A stretch of 16,752 nucleotides of DNA from Atribacterota bacterium (GCA_038203565.1 JBBRDV010000029.1:1-16752); one strand, 5' to 3'; positions 7,644-15,267 are shown, counted from the first letter of the stretch. Notes: a model not told the origin generated them from the sequence alone. A program made the numbers and translations.

Positions 7644-8827
7644 ATTTTGCTGAGACAAGAGCAGATTTCCCAATTCTGAACAATCTGATCTATCTGGACA
7701 GTGCAGCAATGAGTTTAACACCAGAACCTGTCTTAAATGCGGTTTTAGAATATTATAGGGAATATAATGCAAACGTAAAACGTGGCGTTCATCGATTATC
7801 CCAGATTGCATCGCAGAAATATAAGGATGCGCATAGGAAAGTTGCAGATTTCATCGGCGCGAATGAAGAAGAGGTCATATTCACGAAGAACACGACTGAA
7901 GCGATAAACACGGTTGCCAGTGGATTGAAATGGAAAACAGGAGATAAAGTGGTGACGACCCTGCTCGAGCACCATTCTAATTTTCTTCCCTGGTTGAGAT
8001 TAAAAAGTTTTGGAGTTGCGTTGGATATCGTAAAGCCAGATAAAGATGGAAAATTTAATGTATCAGACTTTGAAGAGGTAATAGACGATAGAACGAGATT
8101 GGTTGCGATAACACATGTCTCAAATGTTTTAGGAACGATAACTCCAATAGAAGAGATATCCGCGATTTGTAAGAAGAAGAATGCTTTATTACTTGTCGAT
8201 GGTGCACAGTCCGTCCCTCATATTCATGTAGATGTAAGAAAGTTGGGATGTAATTTTCTTTGTTTTTCAGGTCATAAAATGCTTGGACCAACGGGAACTG
8301 GTATTCTTTGGATGAAAGAAGATTTTTTTGATAGGCTTGAACCACTCAATTTTGGTGGCGGAATGATCGAGGATGTCTCTCTAAATGGTTATAAACTGAC
8401 GAAAGGTTATGAGAAATTTGAAGGTGGAACACCGAATATTGCAGGTGTAATTGGGTTTGGGAGAGCTATTGATTATTTGAAAAAAATAGGTATGGACAAA
8501 ATAAAAAACCATGAAGCGAAGTTGACAGAGAGGTTATTGGAAGGACTGTTAGAGATTAGGAGAGTAGAGATCTATGGCTCCTTGAATTCAAAGGAAAGGA
8601 TTGGTGTGGTGTCTTTTAATATTAAAGACCTGAATCCACACGATGTTGCATTAATGCTCGATGAAGCCTCTAACATCATGGTTCGTTCCGGGCATCACTG
8701 TTGTATTCCTCTGATGAAATATTTTGGACTTAAAGAGGGGGCGGTCAGGGTTTCTTTCTATCTATACAACACAGAAGAGGAGGTTGATACATTTCTGGAG
8801 ACGGTCAAGGAGATTGCAAAGTGTTAA
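7640..8827 (+). CDS. sufS: Cysteine desulfurase, SufS/CsdA (group II) family, PLP-dependent
   Basis: IYLDSAA, EHHSN, DGAQS, SGHKM (PLP Lys), FEGGTPN and the catalytic loop RSGHHC. Confidence 0.92.
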   Translation: MNFAETRADFPILNNLIYLDSAAMSLTPEPVLNAVLEYYREYNANVKRGVHRLSQIASQKYKDAHRKVADFIGANEEEVIFTKNTTEAINTVASGLKWKTGDKVVTTLLEHHSNFLPWLRLKSFGVALDIVKPDKDGKFNVSDFEEVIDDRTRLVAITHVSNVLGTITPIEEISAICKKKNALLLVDGAQSVPHIHVDVRKLGCNFLCFSGHKMLGPTGTGILWMKEDFFDRLEPLNFGGGMIEDVSLNGYKLTKGYEKFEGGTPNIAGVIGFGRAIDYLKKIGMDKIKNHEAKLTERLLEGLLEIRRVEIYGSLNSKERIGVVSFNIKDLNPHDVALMLDEASNIMVRSGHHCCIPLMKYFGLKEGAVRVSFYLYNTEEEVDTFLETVKEIAKC

Positions 8828-9588
8828 AAAAGTTCAACTACCTTAAATTTGATAAGAATAATTTCGTAAAATCGATACACGAGGTAGTGGAAGAAGTACC
8901 GCTATCCATTTTTATCAATGGAAGGCATTTTGTAACCGCGATGATAAGTCCTCAAATGGTAAGGGAGTTTGTTATAGGGTATCTATTCTCAGAAAAAGTC
9001 ATAGAAGATATTAAGGAAATAGAATCTTTACAGATAGAGAAGAATATTGCAAAAGTAATAGTTAACAATCCTTTAAAAGTATTATCAGTAAAAAAACTAA
9101 TCGTAAGCGGATGCGGTGGCGGATCTTCCTTCTTGGATGAATTGAAACTACCAAAGATAAGCTCTAACTTAAAAATTGATGCTGGTGATATATTTAGCGG
9201 CTTAAAATCTCTCTTAAATTCTGATTTGCACAGGATAACGGGAGGGGTGCATATAGTTGGGTTATTTCATAAAAAAGCTGTAATATGCATATCAGAGGAC
9301 CTAGGGAGGCATAACGCTCTTGATAAGGTCATAGGTTGTGGATTAATCAAAAATGTCGATTTTAAAGAGACTTTTGTGGCATGCACAGGAAGAATATCGT
9401 TTGATATGGCACTGAAGTGTTCGGTCGCGAGCATTCCTATTATTGCATCGAGAGGTGCTACAACGAGTTTGGCAATCGAGATTGCGGAGAAGACGGGTTT
9501 AACGACTATTGGGTTTGTGAGAGGAAGAAGAATGAATATATATACGAATGGGGAGAGGATATGCAGGATAGATACTCGAGACAGGTGA
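8821..9588 (+). CDS. fdhD: FdhD sulfurtransferase (formate dehydrogenase accessory protein)
   Basis: GTG start overlapping the end of sufS; VVEEVPLSIFING, SGCG, TGGVH, EDLGRHNALDKVIG, GRIS and GFVRG. Confidence 0.93.
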   Translation: MLKKFNYLKFDKNNFVKSIHEVVEEVPLSIFINGRHFVTAMISPQMVREFVIGYLFSEKVIEDIKEIESLQIEKNIAKVIVNNPLKVLSVKKLIVSGCGGGSSFLDELKLPKISSNLKIDAGDIFSGLKSLLNSDLHRITGGVHIVGLFHKKAVICISEDLGRHNALDKVIGCGLIKNVDFKETFVACTGRISFDMALKCSVASIPIIASRGATTSLAIEIAEKTGLTTIGFVRGRRMNIYTNGERICRIDTRDR

Positions 9589-9935
9589 TATTACCGAATA
9601 TCGGGGAAGAAGGGCAGAAAACACTTTTAAAAAGCAAGATAGCCATCATCGGATGCGGTGCTCTTGGAACGGTTGTGGCAAAGAAAGAGATTATAACTTT
9701 GCTTTGCGGGAGGAATGCTATTCAGATAACCCCGGCAGAACCCGGTGAAATTTCTTTTAAATTACTTGCAGAAAGATTGAAACAATTGGGTGAAGTAAGG
9801 TTCAACAATTTTATACTGGTCTTTAAGGAAAGAGATAAGGAGATATCGCTATTTAAGGATGGGAGGGCGATCATAAAGGGAACGGACGATGAGAAGGTGG
9901 CTCGTTCCCTCTATGCAAGGTTTGTAGGAATTTAA
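9561..9935 (+). pseudogene. thiF: ThiF/MoeB-family adenylyltransferase with a large in-frame internal deletion (124 aa left)
   Basis: ATG 9561 follows GGAGAGG. 'MQDRYSRQVILPNIGEEGQKTLLKSKIAIIGCGALGTVVA' joins directly to the C-terminal domain 'LCGRNAIQI...FKDGRAIIKGT...ARSLYARFVG'. The central catalytic region is absent. Confidence 0.85.
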
Positions 9936-10055
9936 ATTTTTTGCTATAACGGATACTTTTATTGGTGAGATGGTGTGGAGTTTTTTGTTTAACAAATTTT
10001 TTCTTTTATGTTTTAAAATTACTAAAATAATAATAATACTAATCTTGGAGGGGTA

Positions 10056-10502
10056 ATGAAACTTTCTACCAGGGGGCGTTATGCCCCGAGAGCAATGTTG
10101 GATTTAGCACTAAATTATGGAAAAGGGCCAATGTCATTGAAGAATATAGCCAGAAAGCAAGAAATCTCAGAAAGATATCTTGAACATATAATGATCATCC
10201 TCCTGTCTGCAGGTTTAGTACAGAGTACGCGGGGATCACGCGGAGGATTCAGTTTGGCAAAATTGCCTAAAGAAATTAAATTGAGCCAGATAATTCAAGC
10301 TGTGGAAGGGTCAATTTCACTGGTGGCATGTGTTGATGACCCAAAACTATGTAAGCGGGTTGATGCGTGTGTTACTCACGATATTTGGAAAAAAGTAAAA
10401 AAAGCAATGTTAGAAGTCTTTGATTCAGTAACCTTGGAAGACATGGTTAAAATGCAAAAGAAGAAATTATTTAAGCAAAAAGATCGAATGTATTACATTT
10501 GA
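10056..10502 (+). CDS. Rrf2-family transcriptional regulator, IscR-like
   Basis: MKLSTRGRY.., ISERYLE, STRGSRGGF, and C-x6-C-x5-C-x2-H (CVDDPKLCKRVDACVTH); RBS GGAGG. Confidence 0.93.
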   Translation: MKLSTRGRYAPRAMLDLALNYGKGPMSLKNIARKQEISERYLEHIMIILLSAGLVQSTRGSRGGFSLAKLPKEIKLSQIIQAVEGSISLVACVDDPKLCKRVDACVTHDIWKKVKKAMLEVFDSVTLEDMVKMQKKKLFKQKDRMYYI

Positions 10503-10533
10503 TTGAAAGTTTAGTAAAAAAGGAGAAAATAAA

Positions 10534-11457
10534 ATGAGTAAAATTGCAAATGACGTAACTGAGTTGATTGGGAATACCCCTTTAGTAAAATTGAATAAGA
10601 TAGCCAGAGATGTGGAGGCAAAGATTGTCGGAAAACTTGAATTTTTTAATCCCTGTGGAAGTGTAAAAGATCGAATTGGAGTAAGTATGATTACAGAAGC
10701 AGAAAAAAAAGGTTTTCTGAAAAAAGATTTTATAGTTGTTGAGCCAACGAGTGGAAATACGGGCATTGCCTTGGCCTTTGTTTGTGCAGTTAAGGGATAT
10801 AGATTAGTTCTTACGATGCCTGATACAATGAGTATTGAGCGAAGGAAAATACTTGAGGCATTTGGCGCTGAAATAGTTTTAACTCCGGGTAGTGAAGGAA
10901 TGAAAGGAGCAATTAAAAAGGCAGAAGAAATTGTGAAAAATAATTGTAAAGCATTTATGCCTCAACAATTTAAAAATTCTGCTAATCCTGAGATTCATCG
11001 GAAAACCACCGCTTTAGAAATCTGGAAAGATACAGATGGTAAAGTGGATATTCTTGTTTCTGGAGTAGGAACTGGTGGGACAATTACAGGCATAGCTGAA
11101 GTAATAAAAAAGAGAAAACCATCATTTAAAGCTATTGCTGTTGAACCTACCAATTCTCCTGTTCTTTCTGGCGGAGAACCTGGTTCACATAAGATTCAAG
11201 GGATTGGTGCTGGCTTTGTGCCAGGTGTTTTAAACAGGGATATTATAGATGAAATAATCAAAGTAACTAATGATGAAGCCATGATTTGTGCAAGGCGACT
11301 TGCTAAGGAAGAGGGGATATTTGCGGGTATTTCTTCAGGAGCAGCAGTTTGGGCAGCAATAAAAGTAGCTAAACGGAAAGAAAACAAGGGTAAACTTATT
11401 GTGGTAATTCTTCCTGATTTAGGTGACCGTTATCTCTCTACTGAACTTTTCAAATAA
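10534..11457 (+). CDS. cysK: Cysteine synthase A (O-acetylserine sulfhydrylase)
   Basis: [17 protein letters not shown] (PLP Lys), [22 protein letters not shown] and RYLST. Confidence 0.97.
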   Translation: MSKIANDVTELIGNTPLVKLNKIARDVEAKIVGKLEFFNPCGSVKDRIGVSMITEAEKKGFLKKDFIVVEPTSGNTGIALAFVCAVKGYRLVLTMPDTMSIERRKILEAFGAEIVLTPGSEGMKGAIKKAEEIVKNNCKAFMPQQFKNSANPEIHRKTTALEIWKDTDGKVDILVSGVGTGGTITGIAEVIKKRKPSFKAIAVEPTNSPVLSGGEPGSHKIQGIGAGFVPGVLNRDIIDEIIKVTNDEAMICARRLAKEEGIFAGISSGAAVWAAIKVAKRKENKGKLIVVILPDLGDRYLSTELFK

Positions 11458-11536
11458 TATGATTATACAAATATAAAGATATATATTCATGCGAAATTTA
11501 TATTCGTCCTAGCTTGTATTTAGGAGGTGGTGTGAA

Positions 11537-11677
11537 ATGTTATGGATCATGGATAGCTCCGATTGGAGCATAAAAAATGAAAATCTGCTCTTAGGAGGTA
11601 CCAAACATGGGGATGAAGATATTATTAAAGCATGTTGGTATTATAAGAAAGAAGAGTATATTTTTGGAATAAGTTAG
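11537..11677 (+). CDS. Candidate 46-aa small protein of unknown function
   Basis: Strong SD AGGAGGT at 11522-11528, 8 nt before ATG. Sequence MLWIMDSSDWSIKNENLLLGGTKHGDEDIIKACWYYKKEEYIFGIS; no recognised family. Confidence 0.3.
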   Translation: MLWIMDSSDWSIKNENLLLGGTKHGDEDIIKACWYYKKEEYIFGIS

Positions 11678-11744
11678 AAGTATGCCTGAGATGTGGCAGT
11701 GTAATTGTCATTTTTTGTAGTAAAAATTGGAAGGAGTTATCAAA

Positions 11745-12950
11745 ATGGCTAAAACGATTAGCGAAATTAATGAAAAAATATCAAAGGGAGAGGCAGTTGT
11801 AGTAACGGCAGAAGAGATCATTGATATTGTAGAGGAAAAAGGAGTTGAAAAAGCAACTCAAGAAATAGATGTAGTAACTACCGGGACATTTGGTCCGATG
11901 TGTTCAAGTGGTACATATTTCAATATTGGCCATGCAAAACCAAGAATAAAACTGGGAGGAGGGGCCTGCTATTTAAACGATATCCCGGCTTATTGTGGTT
12001 TTGCTGCGGTGGATATCTATCTTGGTTGTACAAGTATACCTGATGATGACCCTCGGAATAGAGTTTATCCTGGCAAGTTTGAATACGGAGGTGGGCATGT
12101 CATTGAAGAGTTTGTTGCCGGTAAAGATATAAAACTTACTGCTACTACCTATGGTACTGATTGTTATCCAAGAAAAAAATTGGATACCTGGATAAACATT
12201 AAAGATGTAAATGAAGCTGTACTTTTCAATCCGAGAAATGTTTACCAGAATTACAATGTTGCAGTAAATCTTTCTAAAAAGCTCATCTATACTTATATGG
12301 GAGCTCTAAAGCCCGGATTAGGTAATGCTAACTATTGTAGTGCCGGTCAACTTTCTCCACTATTAAATGATCCGCTATATAAAACTATTGGACTGGGAAC
12401 TAAGATATTTCTTGGCGGTGGAGTAGGCTATGTGGCCTGGCAGGGAACACAGCATAATCCGACTGCTAAAAGAAAGGATAACGGTACTCCATGTGTCACG
12501 GCCGGTACATTAGCTGTGATTGGAGATCTAAAACAGATGAAACCTGAGTGGTTGCGGGGAACGAGTTTCCAGGGGTATGGAACAACACTCACAGTTGGAG
12601 TGGGGATACCTATCCCTATTTTAAATGAAGAAATCTTATGCTATACAGCAATTAAGGATAAAGATATCTATGCTGCAATTGTTGATTACAGCGAAGCCTA
12701 TCCGCAGGTTAAACCAGATGTGCTTGGCGAGGTCTCTTACGAAGAGCTTAAAAGTGGTAAGATCATTGTTCAAGGTAAAGAAGTTCCTACTGCACCGCTT
12801 TCCAGCTATACGAAAGCAGTAGAGATCGCCGAAATTTTAAAAGACTGGATTCGGCAGGGTCAGTTTTTATTAACTGAGCCTGTGGCATCACTACCTGGAC
12901 CGGAGTCAGGACTGACCTTTAAATTACTAAAAGAAAGATCAATTGAATAA
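11745..12950 (+). CDS. Homocysteine biosynthesis protein / L-aspartate semialdehyde sulfurtransferase (DUF39, MA1821-like, no CBS tail)
   Basis: AAGGAG then ATG 11745, preferred over the track's TTG 11727. Motifs KTISEINEKI..GEAVVVTAEE, DVVTTGTFGPMCSSG, YGGGHVIE, YGTDCYPR, NPRNVYQNY, SPLLNDP and GTQHNP. Confidence 0.93.
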   Translation: MAKTISEINEKISKGEAVVVTAEEIIDIVEEKGVEKATQEIDVVTTGTFGPMCSSGTYFNIGHAKPRIKLGGGACYLNDIPAYCGFAAVDIYLGCTSIPDDDPRNRVYPGKFEYGGGHVIEEFVAGKDIKLTATTYGTDCYPRKKLDTWINIKDVNEAVLFNPRNVYQNYNVAVNLSKKLIYTYMGALKPGLGNANYCSAGQLSPLLNDPLYKTIGLGTKIFLGGGVGYVAWQGTQHNPTAKRKDNGTPCVTAGTLAVIGDLKQMKPEWLRGTSFQGYGTTLTVGVGIPIPILNEEILCYTAIKDKDIYAAIVDYSEAYPQVKPDVLGEVSYEELKSGKIIVQGKEVPTAPLSSYTKAVEIAEILKDWIRQGQFLLTEPVASLPGPESGLTFKLLKERSIE

Positions 12951-12960
12951 CCAATAAAAA

Positions 12961-13020
12961 TAAAGAGGATGTAGGGCTAAAAAGAAAAGTTATTTTCCTA
13001 AACATAGCCCTACATCTTTA
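12961..13020. repeat. Intergenic inverted repeat (12-bp perfect stem, GTAG/CTAC REP-like)
   Basis: GATGTAGGGCTA (12968-12979) and TAGCCCTACATC (13005-13016) are exact reverse complements, with an inner GAAAA/TTTTC stem. Confidence 0.8.
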
Positions 13021-13034
13021 GATAGGAGAAGTAG

Positions 13035-13442
13035 ATGATTTCAAAAAGAATTGTTTTGAAATTTCCTCCCCGGCTGGCTGACCAGCCCATTGTTTGCAAC
13101 CTGGCAAAGTACTTTGATTTAGAATTTAATATTTTAAAAGCATATATTATCCCTAAAGAGGAAGGGCTTCTTATATTAGGCCTTTCCGGGGAAGAGGAAA
13201 ACTATACTAAAGGAATAAATTATCTCAAAGAATTAGGGTTAATAGTTCAACCGTTATCATTAAATATTATCAAAAATAGCACCAGGTGCACCCATTGTGG
13301 TGTTTGCATAACCGTTTGTCCGACTCAAGCTCTTGTTCTTGACTTTCATACCCGAAAAGTTCATTTTTGCGACGATAAATGTATAGCTTGTGAACTATGT
13401 ATATCTGCCTGTCCGTTAAGGGCCATGGAGGTTCATTATTAA
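13035..13442 (+). CDS. NIL-domain 2x[4Fe-4S] ferredoxin (MA1822-like partner of the homocysteine-forming enzyme)
   Basis: N-terminal NIL domain (FNILKA) plus [12 protein letters not shown] and [12 protein letters not shown]; adjacent to the DUF39 gene. Confidence 0.93.
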   Translation: MISKRIVLKFPPRLADQPIVCNLAKYFDLEFNILKAYIIPKEEGLLILGLSGEEENYTKGINYLKELGLIVQPLSLNIIKNSTRCTHCGVCITVCPTQALVLDFHTRKVHFCDDKCIACELCISACPLRAMEVHY

Positions 13443-14188
13443 TGTTCAAGACTTTAAAAGAAGATATTCAAAATATATTTGCTAAAGATCCGGCAGCGAA
13501 GAACACATTAGAAGTAATTCTTTGTTATCCTGGGCTTCATGCAATATGGATTCATCGAATTGCCCATTGGTTTTACAGAAAGAAAATGTATACCATTGCT
13601 CGTATAATTTCGCATATTAGTCGTCATATTACTGATATTGAAATACATCCCGGAGCCAAAATCGGAAGAAGATTTTTTATTGACCATGGCATGGGTGTAG
13701 TGATAGGTGAGACAACCGAAATTGGTGATGATGTTCTGATGTATCAAGGAGTGGTTTTAGGTGGAACAAGTTTAGAAAAAAAGAAACGTCACCCTACCCT
13801 GGAAAATAATGTTGTAATTGGTGCTGGAGCAATGGTCTTGGGTGCAATAAATATTGGTAATAATGCAAGAATAGGTGCGGGTTCGGTGGTGGTTACTGAT
13901 GTTCCTCCTGATGCAACAGTAGTAGGAGTTCCTGGCAGGATTGGTATGGGATTTAGTGCAAAGGAAATTCAAACGTTAGAACATGGCAAATTACCTGACC
14001 CTATAGCCGATGCTATTCGTTTTGTTATGAAAGAGCAAGAGAAACTGGAGGAAAGAATTAAAAAAATGGAGACATTAGAAGGAATTACAAGGCATATAGA
14101 TGAACACATAGAAAAGAAGAAAAAAGAAATAGAAAGTACGTTTTTTTGTAAAGGTAAAGAGGAGTTTAGTAAAGGCGAGGGAATTTGA
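13442..14188 (+). CDS. cysE: Serine O-acetyltransferase with a C-terminal extension
   Basis: Start at the TAATG overlap (13442). Motifs [39 protein letters not shown], hexapeptide repeats, VGVPG and HGKLPDP. Confidence 0.95.
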   Translation: MFKTLKEDIQNIFAKDPAAKNTLEVILCYPGLHAIWIHRIAHWFYRKKMYTIARIISHISRHITDIEIHPGAKIGRRFFIDHGMGVVIGETTEIGDDVLMYQGVVLGGTSLEKKKRHPTLENNVVIGAGAMVLGAINIGNNARIGAGSVVVTDVPPDATVVGVPGRIGMGFSAKEIQTLEHGKLPDPIADAIRFVMKEQEKLEERIKKMETLEGITRHIDEHIEKKKKEIESTFFCKGKEEFSKGEGI

Positions 14189-14294
14189 TAAAAAAAAGTA
14201 TATAGATCATAATGGTACTACACCAGTTTATCCTAAAGTTTTTGAGCAAATATTTTCTTGTAAGAGGATAGTCTTCTGTTTTTTTTAGATAATC

Positions 14295-14390
14295 TTATAC
14301 TACCCATCTCATAAAAAGACCTCCATTCACATCGATAGTTCCCCCCGTAATAAAGTCATTATTAATTAAAAATTCTATAGCATTTATACT
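14295..14390 (-). pseudogene. C-terminal remnant of an SDR (FabG-like) oxidoreductase gene
   Basis: Minus-strand translation SINAIEFLINNDFITGGTIDVNGGLFMRWVV* matches the SDR C-terminal motif. An in-frame stop lies five codons further upstream and there is no start codon. Confidence 0.7.
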
Positions 14391-14496
14391 TAAATATGAA
14401 TTTTAAAGAAGTTTATTATTTAGAAACTGATTACCTCTTTTTAATTTTAAATATATTCTCTCAGTTTCCTCACTTATACAAAAGTTGCGAAAATCA

Positions 14497-14555
14497 TTCT
14501 GTCTGGGGAGCTAGATAATAACGAGCCCTTTGGCATTTACTGATGGGCTTCTTTC
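14497..14555 (+). repeat. Copy A of a diverged repeat: tRNA-3'-end-like segment plus terminator-like hairpin
   Basis: TTCTGTCTGGGGAGCTA followed by GATAATAACG AGCCCTTTGGCATTTACTGATGGGCTT CTTTC; similar to 15243-15296. Confidence 0.5.
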
Positions 14556-14691
14556 ATATACAACATTCCATGGTACAAATAATGTAAAGTAAAGTAATTA
14601 TGGTATTCGATTTTCTTATAAAGTAATATTGATAGTCATATTATAACGTGGTAATTTTTTAGAAAAATACAAGGGATTAGGGATTAAGGTT

Positions 14692-14826
14692 ATGCCCCTA
14701 AAATTAGGGGAAAAAGATATGTATTCAGTCAGAGAATTAGCGGAAATATTACCCATTACTCCGCTAACTATCAGGGAATATATCCGTAAGGAAAAAATTA
14801 AGGGTAAAAAGATAGGTAAAAAGTAG
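14692..14826 (+). pseudogene. Excisionase-like HTH (HTH_17/MerR superfamily) gene with a nonsense codon
   Basis: MPLKLGEKDMYSVRELAEILPITPLTIREYIRKEKIKGKKIGKK*. TAG sits where the conserved Trp (TGG) of 'KIGxxW' is expected. Confidence 0.7.
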
Positions 14827-14935
14827 AAAGATTTATTTATGTTATCTAATAAGCCTAAAGAGATTAAAGAGTTTGGTTATCCCCCTGAAATAAATAATTT
14901 TACAGGGAAATACTCAGAAGAAAGGAGCTTTGGAA

Positions 14936-15055
14936 ATGGGTAATTTTTTTAATTTTTTAACTATTATTTGTCTAGTAATTATTATTGTAGTAATTTTAAA
15001 GTGGAAAGTTGTTAAAAAAATGTTTAAGGATACTTTCGGAAAACACCTAAAATAA
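14936..15055 (+). CDS. Candidate 39-aa single-TM peptide with a basic tail, or the 5' part of a broken membrane-protein gene
   Basis: AAAGGAG 8 nt upstream; MGNFFNFLTIICLVIIIVVILKWKVVKKMFKDTFGKHLK. Confidence 0.5.
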   Translation: MGNFFNFLTIICLVIIIVVILKWKVVKKMFKDTFGKHLK

Positions 15056-15267
15056 ATAAAGTTTAGCAAAACAATCTGGTTGGTTTCGTTGGATTGCTTT
15101 TTTCCCAGGGGCATTAATTACTGGTTTCCTTGCAACTTTTCCTTTTCCGAAAGTTCCTTTCTTGGGGATGAATTTTACCTAAATATAAAAAGCAGAAATT
15201 CTAAGAGTGTGAATAAATATAAGTAAGTAGCAGAATTTTCTAGCCTACGAGGGGATAGATAATTTTC

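Noticed and set aside
9417..9560. ORF-track N-terminal extension of the ThiF ORF
   Set aside because: It overlaps fdhD deeply; family similarity and the SD point to ATG 9561.
11458..11744. SAM riboswitch or T-box before the homocysteine gene
   Set aside because: No SAM-I core motifs, T-box sequence or terminator visible.
13397..13441. ORF-track N-terminal extension of cysE
   Set aside because: It overlaps the ferredoxin Cys motif; the TAATG-coupled start at 13442 matches the family N-terminus.
210..13972. Short antisense or alternate-frame ORFs in the track (e.g. 210-407, 1253-1570, 4835-5185, 7461-7811, 10467-10766, 13508-13747)
   Set aside because: All lie within well-supported genes and show no recognisable motifs.
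3258..14188. Selenocysteine recoding in the Cys-motif proteins
   Set aside because: No in-frame TGA at Cys-motif positions; the TGA codons seen are normal gene ends.
14824..14943. Possible TAG read-through (pyrrolysine), since the HTH frame stays open for 38 more codons
   Set aside because: The TAG replaces a conserved Trp (one change from TGG), the downstream text does not resemble an HTH tail, and there are no pyl genes here; a nonsense mutation is simpler.
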